Origin: Patescibacteria group bacterium
GTDB taxonomy: Bacteria > Patescibacteriota > JABMPQ01 > JAHIRA01
Reading direction: 5' to 3'
Assembly (NCBI GenBank): GCA_018818205.1
Contig: JAHISJ010000026.1
Coordinates: 29,994 to 93,993, forward strand
Length of the DNA stretch: 64,000 bases
The notes beneath the pieces were generated by a model that saw nothing but the letters and a program-made list of their open reading frames with translations, had not been told where the DNA came from and did no database searches. Shown one piece after another: positions 38,156 through 48,353 of this stretch. A program made the translations under genes and the position numbers. Every line of letters begins with the position of its first letter. Position 1 is the stretch's first letter.

Positions 38156-39445
38156 ATGCAACCTTCAAAAACAGCGTTCATTATAGGCTCAGGATTTTCT
38201 AAAGATCTTTGTGGACTACCTACCTTAACTGGCGAAAATAGCTTAAGTTCATTAGTTATTGAAAAACTTCAAGAACATGAAAACGAATCAGTCAAACTAT
38301 TCATTAATAGTATCTCAAGCGAAATAAAGGATAACATTGAACACTTAATGAGCTATCTTATCCAGGATAATCCATGGTCAAATGAAACAGAAAAGCACTT
38401 AGCAAAAGCCTCGTATCATGTAATTACGGATTTAATACATAAAGTACTTGATGAAAATGATCAGGAACTGAAAACTGAAGAAGAATACATTCAACAACTT
38501 TTTTCATTTTGGCACAAATATGAAACTGACGTCATTAGTTTTAATTATGATACTTTAATTGAAAAATATACTCAAAAATTCTTAAAAGTGAAAAAGGTAG
38601 AAACCCCTGAAAATAAAAGAAATGCAATAAAAACAGTACTCATAATAGCTGACGAGCATAATAAATTAGCACAAGAAAAAGAAATACATATCTATAAAAA
38701 AAACAACATACGTTATATTTACTTAAAAAATAGAAGTATAGTAACTGATGGATTGCTCTCTCAAATTCATAGTAAACTTTACGGAGAAACTGCTCCAGAA
38801 AAGTCTAGTTATATAAACCCTTTGATAAATAAGTTGAAAGAAAAAGTAACTCTCAAAGATATTTATCAGATTCCTATACCTAATGTTAATGAAAGAGTAG
38901 GAGGTCTGTGGCTAAATAGCAGTAGAAATAACTCATTAAAACTTCTAAAACTGCATGGATCAACAAACTGGCTTTATTCAGGTGACGAAAATCTTACTGG
39001 TGAAGATATTCGTCATATTCCTCTTGATCGAAAATCAAGCAAAATAAGCCTCTCTGGTCTTGTTAGGTATATTATTCCTCCAGTCTTAGATAAAAGTCCT
39101 TTTTATAAAAACAATTCTTTAAAAACCCAATGGACTAAAGCAAGAGAAGCGCTCGAAACTGCCAATGATATTATTATTATTGGATATTCTTTCCCAGAAA
39201 CAGATCTCTCAACAAGATTCATGATCCAGCAAGCACTTAAAGAAAATAAAAAAGCAACTATACATCTAGTATCTAGACCACAAAAAGTAGTAGAAGGTGG
39301 AAAAGAAAAGAAACAAACAGAAGAAGAAATACGTGAAGAATCTGCAGAAAACTTGAAGGAGTTTTTAAAACATAACCTTATAAAAGTTTATGTTCCTGAA
39401 AAAAGTTCAATAGTTGAAACTTGTAAATTGCTTAAGAAAAAATAA
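38156..39445 (+). CDS. SIR2-like (SIR2_2/DHS-like NAD-binding) family protein, candidate defense-type NADase
   Basis: N-terminal glycine-rich loop AFIIGSGFSKDLCGLPT; a central HG motif (LKLHGSTNWLY); and a C-terminal IIIIGYSFPETD motif. These are the three hallmark blocks of the SIR2_2 family. About 30% GC, clearly below its neighbours. Lies next to tRNA-Lys. Confidence 0.5.
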   Translation: MQPSKTAFIIGSGFSKDLCGLPTLTGENSLSSLVIEKLQEHENESVKLFINSISSEIKDNIEHLMSYLIQDNPWSNETEKHLAKASYHVITDLIHKVLDENDQELKTEEEYIQQLFSFWHKYETDVISFNYDTLIEKYTQKFLKVKKVETPENKRNAIKTVLIIADEHNKLAQEKEIHIYKKNNIRYIYLKNRSIVTDGLLSQIHSKLYGETAPEKSSYINPLINKLKEKVTLKDIYQIPIPNVNERVGGLWLNSSRNNSLKLLKLHGSTNWLYSGDENLTGEDIRHIPLDRKSSKISLSGLVRYIIPPVLDKSPFYKNNSLKTQWTKAREALETANDIIIIGYSFPETDLSTRFMIQQALKENKKATIHLVSRPQKVVEGGKEKKQTEEEIREESAENLKEFLKHNLIKVYVPEKSSIVETCKLLKKK

Positions 39446-39447
39446 CA

Positions 39448-39478
39448 AACAAAAAAAACGGACATCATCCGTATTCTT
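39448..39478. terminator. Bidirectional terminator between the SIR2-like gene and tRNA-Lys
   Basis: AAAAAAAACGGACATCATCCGTATTCTTT. Confidence 0.55.
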
Positions 39479-39480
39479 TG

Positions 39481-39556
39481 TGGTGGGCGTTAAAGGATTC
39501 GAACCTTTGACCTTCTCCTTAAAAGGGAGCTGCTCTACCAACTGAGCTAAACGCCC
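39481..39556 (-). tRNA. tRNA-Lys (anticodon UUU), CCA encoded
   Basis: Minus strand reads GGGCGTTTAGCTCAGTTGGTAGAGCAGCTCCCTTTTAAGGAGAAGGTCAAAGGTTCGAATCCTTTAACGCCCACCA. It has a 7-bp acceptor stem, D arm GCTC/GAGC, anticodon loop CTTTTAA and a T arm with TTCGAAT. Confidence 0.85.
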
Positions 39557-39659
39557 AAAATCTTTAATACAAAAAGTGTACCAAATACGAATCGTCAAAT
39601 CAAGTCTTTACGTAAAAATAGCCCAGCTTTGGGCTATTTAAAAGTACGATCATTCCCTA

Positions 39660-40184
39660 TTAAACTTCCCGTGGCTCACTATACTTTACCAAATACATTG
39701 CACCAATAGGCGCAACTAGCCACGCAAAATGTCCAATCTCTGACGTAAATACCACGCGTGTCATTGATGACAAGTTCTCAACAACAGTTGTGGGCATAAA
39801 AGAAAGGACAATACTAATAAACAGACCAACATGTAAGATACTAAAGAGCACCACAATAGGTAAGCTTGTTTTTGCACTTAAGGTAGTAAAAAGTCCCATA
39901 CGAGAAAACAAAAAGAAAAGAGCAACAATAAACACGAGCAACACCAGTGTTCTCATAACAAACACCGGTCCAAGATTGAACTTTTGTGACATTTTCTCAT
40001 TAATAAACGGCAAGTTGCTCGAGACAGCAAACGCAATATAGATACTGACCAAAATAACGAGGATTCGTTCTCTACCGAGTGAAAGACCATACACAAATAC
40101 TGAGATCACAAAAAACAAACCAATGAAAAGGTCCCACGTAGGAACACCCCAATTTAACCCTGTAAGTACTCCGGACGGATCCAT
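39660..40184 (-). CDS. Integral membrane protein (4-5 TM), hypothetical; possibly CvpA-like
   Basis: 174-aa hydrophobic ORF followed by a hairpin and T-run terminator at about 39605-39635. Confidence 0.45.
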   Translation of the reverse strand: MDPSGVLTGLNWGVPTWDLFIGLFFVISVFVYGLSLGRERILVILVSIYIAFAVSSNLPFINEKMSQKFNLGPVFVMRTLVLLVFIVALFFLFSRMGLFTTLSAKTSLPIVVLFSILHVGLFISIVLSFMPTTVVENLSSMTRVVFTSEIGHFAWLVAPIGAMYLVKYSEPREV

Positions 40185-40435
40185 GAATGTACTCCTTCGT
40201 TTTTTATTTTTCTAAAAAACCTATCTACATAAAACAGCATAGCACAGTAAGGAAGAAAAAGAAATCCACACTTAGGATTTCAACAAGCATGTCATTCCGG
40301 ACAGTCATTCTTATGGCTGAGCCGGAATCTCGTTTTTTCTCTTGTAAGCTACGAGATCCCGGATAATCATTCAGAAATGATTTCCGGGATGACAGAGAAG
40401 ACGTTTTTCAAAGTAGAGAAATCAACAAGTCTAAA

Positions 40436-41557
40436 TTATGAAAACAGTTTAGACCAGAAGCTTTTTTCTTTTACAACACTTGTCTCGCCTTCTTCTTTTT
40501 GGAGAGCTTTAACAAGTTCTTTCTCTTTTTTGGTCAGCTTTCTTGGTGTTACTACATTGACGTGAACTCTGAGATCTCCTACTCGACCGGTACTGGGATT
40601 TTGAAAGCCTTTATCCGAGAGTCTATGAATATACCCTGATTGTGTTCCCGGTTCAATAGCAACTTCTAGTGTTTCATCAAAATAAGTAAGCTCTACCGCA
40701 CTCCCAAGCGCTGCCTGTGTAAAACTAATAGGTAAGAGTGCTACCAAATCATCACCATCTCTATCAAGTTTTTTATGCTTTTGTACATGAACCGTTGCAT
40801 AGAGATTGCCCGGTGAGCCACCACTTCTACCAGCTTCACCTTTGCCTGGAATCTCGATTGTTTGGCCATCTGCAATACCTTTTGGTACCGCAATAGAAAC
40901 ATCAACATCTGCATTTACTCTTCCATCTCCACCACACGTAGTACAGGGAGTTTTTGGCTTTTTACCTTCGCCTTTACAAGATGGACATGTTTTTGATTGG
41001 GCAAACGCCCCTAACACTGTCTGCATCTGTTGGGTAACCTTGCCTGCACCGTTACACGTACTACAGGTCTCAATGGGAGTCCCCGGCTCAGCGCCGTTCC
41101 CGTGACAGTTTTCACATGACGTTCGTTTATATAAACTGACATCTCGCTTTACACCAAAATATGATTCTTTAAACGAGATAGTAAGATCGACTTTAATATC
41201 ACTCCCTTGAACCGCACCACTTTGACTTCTCCGTCTCCCTCCACCAAAAAAGTCATCAAAGATGCTACTGAAATCAAAACCCTCGAAGTTTGCATTAAAC
41301 CCTTGTGCTCCACCAAAACCAGCACCACCTCCGGGCGCGCCTGCTTGATCAAACGTTTGGCCATATTGATCATACTGCTGCCGTTTTTGGTTATCAGAAA
41401 GAACCTGATACGCTGAGTTTATCTCTTTAAATTTTTCCTCGTCTCCATCTTTTTTGTCAGGATGATATTTGTGGGCGAGTTTTCTATACGCCTTTTTTAT
41501 CTCATCGTCTGACGCGTCTTTGGAGACGCCGAGGGTGTTGTAGTGGTCGTTTGGCAT
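40436..41557 (-). CDS. dnaJ: Chaperone DnaJ
   Basis: J domain with HPD ([14 protein letters not shown]), G/F-rich linker, and four CxxCxGxG zinc-finger repeats. Confidence 0.9.
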   Translation of the reverse strand: MPNDHYNTLGVSKDASDDEIKKAYRKLAHKYHPDKKDGDEEKFKEINSAYQVLSDNQKRQQYDQYGQTFDQAGAPGGGAGFGGAQGFNANFEGFDFSSIFDDFFGGGRRRSQSGAVQGSDIKVDLTISFKESYFGVKRDVSLYKRTSCENCHGNGAEPGTPIETCSTCNGAGKVTQQMQTVLGAFAQSKTCPSCKGEGKKPKTPCTTCGGDGRVNADVDVSIAVPKGIADGQTIEIPGKGEAGRSGGSPGNLYATVHVQKHKKLDRDGDDLVALLPISFTQAALGSAVELTYFDETLEVAIEPGTQSGYIHRLSDKGFQNPSTGRVGDLRVHVNVVTPRKLTKKEKELVKALQKEEGETSVVKEKSFWSKLFS

Positions 41558-41663
41558 GGAATAATGTTAGGGGAAAATGGGGGTTGTGTAAAGACGGGTT
41601 TCAAGCCCGTCTTCAAAACCAGTCAGGGCGCCCACAAGGGGCGCCCCTACATACCGCCAAAAG

Positions 41664-44139
<2,476 letters not shown>

Positions 44140-44144
44140 TGAGC

Positions 44145-44888
44145 TTAAATTAATGTAAACGAGATAAGAAGAACGAGCGACCCTCCACTGAGCAGTTTAG
44201 AAAGATAACTCACCAAAGAAATGTTTTTATCGTAACGCATTCTCTTTGGTCCAAGCACCGCAATCACACCATGTTCACCATTTGGCAATTCAAACTCTGA
44301 AATCAGCAGGGAACATTTGTTCATCTCTGAAACGGGGTTTTCTGAACCAATGAATGTCTGTACCTGCCGCTCCTTTGGCTTATGGTCAAGTAAAACATCT
44401 ACCGTATCTTCAAATTGATCAAGTGCCTCACACACAGACGCAACTTCCCTTTTATCCTCAAACTCAGGCTGATCCAAGAGCTTTTGAAGCCCTGACGTTG
44501 CGTACTCTTCTTGCTCTTTGATTCCTGACACCACCATGCTTTGTGAGTGCAAAGATAGAAGCTTTGCCGTAACACGCGCAAGCCGCTTGTATTGAGCCTG
44601 CAATTTTAAGAGATCTGACTGAAGTTTAACTTGATCTTCTTTGGAAAGCGATTTGCCTTCCATAAGTAAGTTCACATAATACCGATATCCTTTGTCAGTT
44701 GGCACACGCCCCGCCGAAGTGTGAGGCTGGTAAATATACCCTTCCTTCTCTAACGCTGACATCTCATTTCTCACCGTTGCCGGCGAACAATCGAGTTTTT
44801 CAGCAAGCATCTTAGACCCTACTGGTAACGCAGTTTTTACGTAATATTCGATAATATAATGTAAAATTGTTTCTTGCCGAGTGGTCAT
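44145..44888 (-). CDS. hrcA: Heat-inducible transcription repressor HrcA
   Basis: MTTRQETILHYIIEYYVKTALPVGSKMLAEKLDCSPATVRNEMSALEKEGYI.. wHTH N-terminus. Start placed at the Met downstream of the CIRCE element. Confidence 0.85.
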   Translation of the reverse strand: MTTRQETILHYIIEYYVKTALPVGSKMLAEKLDCSPATVRNEMSALEKEGYIYQPHTSAGRVPTDKGYRYYVNLLMEGKSLSKEDQVKLQSDLLKLQAQYKRLARVTAKLLSLHSQSMVVSGIKEQEEYATSGLQKLLDQPEFEDKREVASVCEALDQFEDTVDVLLDHKPKERQVQTFIGSENPVSEMNKCSLLISEFELPNGEHGVIAVLGPKRMRYDKNISLVSYLSKLLSGGSLVLLISFTLI

Positions 44889-44897
44889 ATTAGTGAC

Positions 44898-44924
44898 TTG
44901 GCACTCCTCTACCGAGAGTGCTAA
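44898..44924 (-). promoter_or_regulatory. CIRCE operator (HrcA binding site) in the hrcA promoter
   Basis: Plus strand TTGGCACTC-CTCTACCGA-GAGTGCTAA; minus strand TTAGCACTC-N9-GAGTGCCAA. Matches the CIRCE consensus TTAGCACTC-N9-GAGTGCTAA with one mismatch. Confidence 0.8.
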
Positions 44925-44971
44925 TTTCATAGTAGCGTGTTCTGCTTATTTGTCAAGTGTGGATGAAATAA

Positions 44972-45000
44972 GTCAAAAGACTTGACAAAACAAAATATAT
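44972..45000 (+). promoter_or_regulatory. Near-consensus sigma70 promoter P1 (TTGACA-N17-TATAAA with extended -10 TG) for gene A
   Basis: CTTGACAAAACAAAATATATGATGTATAAAG. The -35 forms an inverted repeat with an upstream TTGTCAAG. Confidence 0.6.
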
Positions 45001-45068
45001 GATGTATAAAGTAAGGCACATTTCGTGCGTTTCATATATGTTCATTTTTCAAAAGGAGAGGAAAATTG

Positions 45069-45659
45069 ATGAAATTCAATTTCCGATTTTTATTGATTAG
45101 CATATTCTTCGTAGGCCTCATTGTAGTGACCTTCTCTGGATGTAAAGACAAATCCAGTTTTGATTTGAAACCCTTTGCAAAGGGTTACAAACATCGTTTA
45201 AAGGTCATCACCAAATTGACATACGCCAAAGTTATTTACGAACTTGGCAAATCCACTGAAAATGAATTTGTAAATTATCCGTGGAGCAGCAGACTTCTTG
45301 TTAAAAGCTTAAAGCGGGACTTCGCCCATGGTGGACGCAGAATTATGAGTCTTGAACGCCTCGGCACACGCCTTGGTGGAGTTATTGAATACTTAAGAAG
45401 AGATTCCAGAACAAAACATATTTTGCAGCCATTACTTTGGAATCTTTACAAAATGCGTGACAAGGCGTATTACACTTACGACAATGCAAAATTCTGGAAA
45501 GAGTTTGATACATTCAAGAAAAAATTTCTCTCATTCAAACAATGCTTTCATGATAGATTTTGTAAAGCAAACCAACTTTGTTGTGTCAATTTAATCTGCA
45601 TTGAAAAAAAATACTTTCCAGGCTACAGAAAGCCTGCATCGAGACCGGTCAAGAAATAA
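45069..45659 (+). CDS. Basic lipoprotein-like hypothetical protein (gene A)
   Basis: SD AAGGAGAGG 8 nt before the ATG. Signal peptide MKFNFRFLLISIFFVGLIVVTFSGC with Cys at a lipobox-like position. 196 aa, K/R-rich. Confidence 0.5.
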   Translation: MKFNFRFLLISIFFVGLIVVTFSGCKDKSSFDLKPFAKGYKHRLKVITKLTYAKVIYELGKSTENEFVNYPWSSRLLVKSLKRDFAHGGRRIMSLERLGTRLGGVIEYLRRDSRTKHILQPLLWNLYKMRDKAYYTYDNAKFWKEFDTFKKKFLSFKQCFHDRFCKANQLCCVNLICIEKKYFPGYRKPASRPVKK

Positions 45660-45694
45660 GACTGGTCATAAATTGTACAAAAATTAATTGTACA

Positions 45695-45860
45695 GACTCC
45701 CCTTCTACCAGCTTGGTGGATAGGGGTTTTTGTTTTGGGAAATTCTTACCCCCTCCCCTTTACTAAGGGGAGGGTTAGGGTGGGGTTCTTTCTACGCTAT
45801 ACTTACATACACCCCCTCCTAACCTCCCCCTTGGAAAAGGGGGAGGGACCATAACAAATC
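45695..45860 (+). repeat. Inter-cassette repeat unit R1: terminator hairpin with T-run, then GC-rich spacer with two hairpins
   Basis: ACTCCCC..GGGGTTTTTGTTTTGG terminator; then CCTCCCC-TTTACTAA-GGGGAGG and CCTCCCCC-TTGGAAAA-GGGGGAGG hairpins. About 85% identical to R2 over roughly 110 nt. Confidence 0.65.
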
Positions 45861-45862
45861 AC

Positions 45863-45890
45863 TTGACAAAACAAAACATATAGTGTATAA
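45863..45890 (+). promoter_or_regulatory. Sigma70 promoter P2 (TTGACA-N17-TATAAA) with a leader about 90% identical to P1
   Basis: CACTTGACAAAACAAAACATATAGTGTATAAAGTAAGGCAC, followed by a conserved leader and SD AAGGAG. Confidence 0.6.
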
Positions 45891-45939
45891 AGTAAGGCAC
45901 TTATTGTGCATTCACACGTTCTTTTTCAAGGAGTGAAAA

Positions 45940-46320
45940 ATGAAAAATACTCTAAAAAAAATTATTGAGCTTATTGCAGTGATAATTCTTGGAATTCCAG
46001 CAGTTATCATTTTGTTTTTGGCATTAATCGCTTACTATGGTTTGACCATTGGAATTATTCCGTACGGCATTTGCATTGCTACTTCTAACTATATTACTGC
46101 AAATCCCATTATTATTGGCTTTATGGCTATGTGTGGCATCCTTCTTGAACTATTGTTTTTTGTAGTATACAAAGGCGAATTCTACGAACCCTCAGGTAAT
46201 CACCACAGTGCGTATTGGAAAAATGGCACTGCAGAATTTATCTGGGAAGCTTATTTTTGGATTCCAAGTAGATTGGATGATCTGTTTTGTTGGCTTTCTG
46301 ACAGGAAGGAGAAAACATGA
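45940..46320 (+). CDS. Small polytopic membrane protein (gene B), hypothetical
   Basis: 126 aa, 3-4 TM helices, W/Y-rich C-terminal tail. The stop overlaps the gene C start (ATGA). Confidence 0.5.
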   Translation: MKNTLKKIIELIAVIILGIPAVIILFLALIAYYGLTIGIIPYGICIATSNYITANPIIIGFMAMCGILLELLFFVVYKGEFYEPSGNHHSAYWKNGTAEFIWEAYFWIPSRLDDLFCWLSDRKEKT

Positions 46321-46589
46321 ACAAACTAATACTAGCAACTATCGTACTTATTCTGTCCATTCATTCTATGTTTTGTGACAAAAAACCACAATTCGACCAA
46401 AAAACATTGTCAAGTAGCAAAAAAATTAATTATTCCAAAGTTAAAAAGGTGAAACCTAAAATTAAGCCAACGTCATTGCCTTCAAATAGTTATCACAAAA
46501 AAGAATGTGACGATGACTGCGATTGCCCCGAATCAAAACCCTATTGTTTGGAACATGATTGCGTGAAGGATAAGCCTGAACGCAAATAA
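46317..46589 (+). CDS. Small secreted Cys-rich protein (gene C), hypothetical
   Basis: Signal peptide MNKLILATIVLILSIHSMFC. K-rich middle. C-terminal six-Cys cluster CDDDCDCPESKPYCLEHDC. Confidence 0.5.
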   Translation: MNKLILATIVLILSIHSMFCDKKPQFDQKTLSSSKKINYSKVKKVKPKIKPTSLPSNSYHKKECDDDCDCPESKPYCLEHDCVKDKPERK

Positions 46590-46624
46590 GTTCAAAAAAG
46601 AATTGAAAAACGATTAACACGAGA

Positions 46625-46800
46625 GACTCCCATCTGCCACCGGCGGATTGGGAGTTTTATTTTGGAAAAAATATATGGACATATAGAACGGTCCCCTCCC
46701 CTTTACTAAGGGAAGGGTTAGGTTGGGGTTCTTTTTTGTATCACACACCATACACCCCCTCCTAACCTCCCCCTTGGAAAAGGGGGAGGAATAACCCCAA
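46625..46800 (+). repeat. Inter-cassette repeat unit R2
   Basis: Terminator ACTCCCATCTGCCACCGGCGGATTGGGAGTTTTATTTTGG, then the same two GC-rich hairpins as R1. Confidence 0.65.
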
Positions 46801-46805
46801 AAAAC

Positions 46806-46834
46806 TTGACAAAACCAAATATTACATGTATTAT
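46806..46834 (+). promoter_or_regulatory. Sigma70 promoter P3 (TTGACA-N17-TATTAT)
   Basis: CTTGACAAAACCAAATATTACATGTATTATG. Downstream SD AGGAGGAAAAGG precedes the GTG/ATG region of gene D. Confidence 0.55.
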
Positions 46835-46873
46835 GATTAGCTTTAATTGTTATTTCCAAAATAGGAGGAAAAG

Positions 46874-47428
46874 GTGAAAAAACTCGTTTTTTTATCATTT
46901 TTTTTATTTGTATTCTGTTCAAACGCCATTGCTGAAAATCACCAATTGACCAAATGGCATGTTAGTATTGGAAACAGCTTTCTTCTTGATGACGCACTGA
47001 GAGTGTATACGCTTGTTGGACTTAAAGCATCGTTTGGCTACTCGTGGGAGCGCTTCAGCACCGAACTTGAGATTACTTGGGCAGCTCCCCCCAATGAACA
47101 AATTACCAGACACGGTCTTACTTTAGAGATTCCCTTTCTCTTCTACGCATTTCGATACGAAACGGCGAAGCAACTATTTCACGTTCGTACCGGTATAAGC
47201 GTCATCGGAGGGTTAGGAATTACCAGCAGAGTTAAAACCGGAAGCGTGGGGATGTCGCTGCTCATTGGCGACGTTGGATTCAGCATAGTAAAGATTGGTA
47301 AAGGATTTCTTATGTGGAGAACACAGCTTGGGTATAGTCCCATTGAGTTTGCTTTCCACACAAGTGGTTTGATTGTATTAGCACTATTTAGAATTGACCT
47401 TCACTTCTCACTGGAATACCGGTGGTAA
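46874..47428 (+). CDS. Secreted beta-barrel-like protein (gene D), OmpA/OmpW-like 8-strand outer-membrane-barrel signature
   Basis: Signal peptide MKKLVFLSFFLFVFCSNAIA. Alternating hydrophobic beta-strand pattern. C-terminal aromatic ...HFSLEYRW typical of a beta-signal. Confidence 0.45.
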   Translation: MKKLVFLSFFLFVFCSNAIAENHQLTKWHVSIGNSFLLDDALRVYTLVGLKASFGYSWERFSTELEITWAAPPNEQITRHGLTLEIPFLFYAFRYETAKQLFHVRTGISVIGGLGITSRVKTGSVGMSLLIGDVGFSIVKIGKGFLMWRTQLGYSPIEFAFHTSGLIVLALFRIDLHFSLEYRW

Positions 47429-47551
47429 GAATATAACAATAATTTCGGCAGCACGCTCCATTAGAGCCTCGCTGTCTTTTTTTGTTTAAAACAGCGTATT
47501 GCCACTCTTAAATTTACACATACAAAATAGAGTAACCTAAATCAAAAAACC

Positions 47552-47580
47552 TTGACAAATATATAATAGTATGCTATAAT
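47552..47580 (+). promoter_or_regulatory. Consensus sigma70 promoter P4 (TTGACA-N17-TATAAT)
   Basis: CCTTGACAAATATATAATAGTATGCTATAATG. No ORF of 60 aa or more within the next roughly 450 nt. Confidence 0.6.
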
Positions 47581-47783
47581 GTTCTCGCTAAAGATCACTA
47601 TGTGTTCTTAGCGTATTACACCATGATTTACATCATGTCTGTTTAACCCTCCGGACTTCTCTCCTCCTTTCTTCTTTATTACTGAACCAATTGTTTTGTT
47701 TCTTGGTTGTTTGAGCAAAACTCAAATAACTAAACGTACAAAAGAATTGCACCTAGCATACTTTTTGGAGGACTAAAGAATAC

Positions 47784-47841
47784 GTGTCTTGGCGACCTGT
47801 GGCCTTGTGGTGATCCACAAGTCTACAGTTTGCCAAGACAC
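47784..47841 (+). ncRNA. Stable stem-loop in the P4 leader transcript (possible regulatory RNA structure)
   Basis: GTGTCTTGGC...GCCAAGACAC 10-bp outer stem enclosing an inner CTTGTGG-TGAT-CCACAAG hairpin. Confidence 0.35.
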
Positions 47842-47869
47842 AGACCCGACAAGTAAACGGAGGTGACCC

Positions 47870-48049
47870 TTGTCATTATTATCAAACGCCATTTTCTTTT
47901 TTGTTGCATTACTTCAATTCGCTGGCGGGCTTACCACAACGGTAACCTGCTTCCGAGATCCGCTTTATCGCAATCTCGGGATCGAGGACATACGTTTCTC
48001 GATAGCGTTGATACGTTTTAGTATTGCGACTCTAGGAAATGATGGGTAG
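47870..48049 (+). CDS. Putative small hydrophobic peptide (59 aa, TTG start), below the ORF-track cutoff
   Basis: SD GGAGGTGA 7 nt upstream of TTG. Both the SD and the start sit in a GACAAG/CTTGTC hairpin. Translates to MSLLSNAIFFFVALLQFAGGLTTTVTCF... The stop overlaps the gene E start. Confidence 0.25.
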   Translation: MSLLSNAIFFFVALLQFAGGLTTTVTCFRDPLYRNLGIEDIRFSIALIRFSIATLGNDG

Positions 48050-48284
48050 GCTGATATACATCATTATTTACATCACCCCTACCCCTGCAACCCTGGCATA
48101 CACTTTTGTGGTGAATGACAGAGTCAGCAGTGTATACAAAGGAGATATTGTGGGAGTTGCAATGATAATCCTCGGCTGCATGTATATGCGGCACGAGGTT
48201 TTGTGGGGAGTATTCATTGCCGTATTTGGCACAGTAGTACTCTTCGGAGAAGGTTTTTGTATTAAAGACCTTCTCCAAAAATAA
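48039..48284 (+). CDS. Small membrane protein (gene E), hypothetical
   Basis: 81 aa with two hydrophobic segments; followed by terminator AACCATCCTAGCTTGTACGGTCAGGATGGTTCTTTTTTTG. Confidence 0.4.
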   Translation: MMGRLIYIIIYITPTPATLAYTFVVNDRVSSVYKGDIVGVAMIILGCMYMRHEVLWGVFIAVFGTVVLFGEGFCIKDLLQK

Positions 48285-48353
48285 TGTCCCTCACAACAAA
48301 AACCATCCTAGCTTGTACGGTCAGGATGGTTCTTTTTTTGTTTATATTTCTCG

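Noticed and set aside
38069-39480. Integrase or att repeat flanking the SIR2-like islet
   Set aside because: I looked for a direct repeat of the tRNA-Lys 3' end and for any recombinase and saw none in the window. The islet call rests only on GC content, strand and tRNA adjacency.
39407-39598. ORF 39407..39598 (-)
   Set aside because: It overlaps tRNA-Lys completely and is therefore spurious.
44889-44930. Longer hrcA start (MKLALSVEECQVTN...)
   Set aside because: The CIRCE operator lies inside this extension, so the start is more likely the downstream Met (44888).
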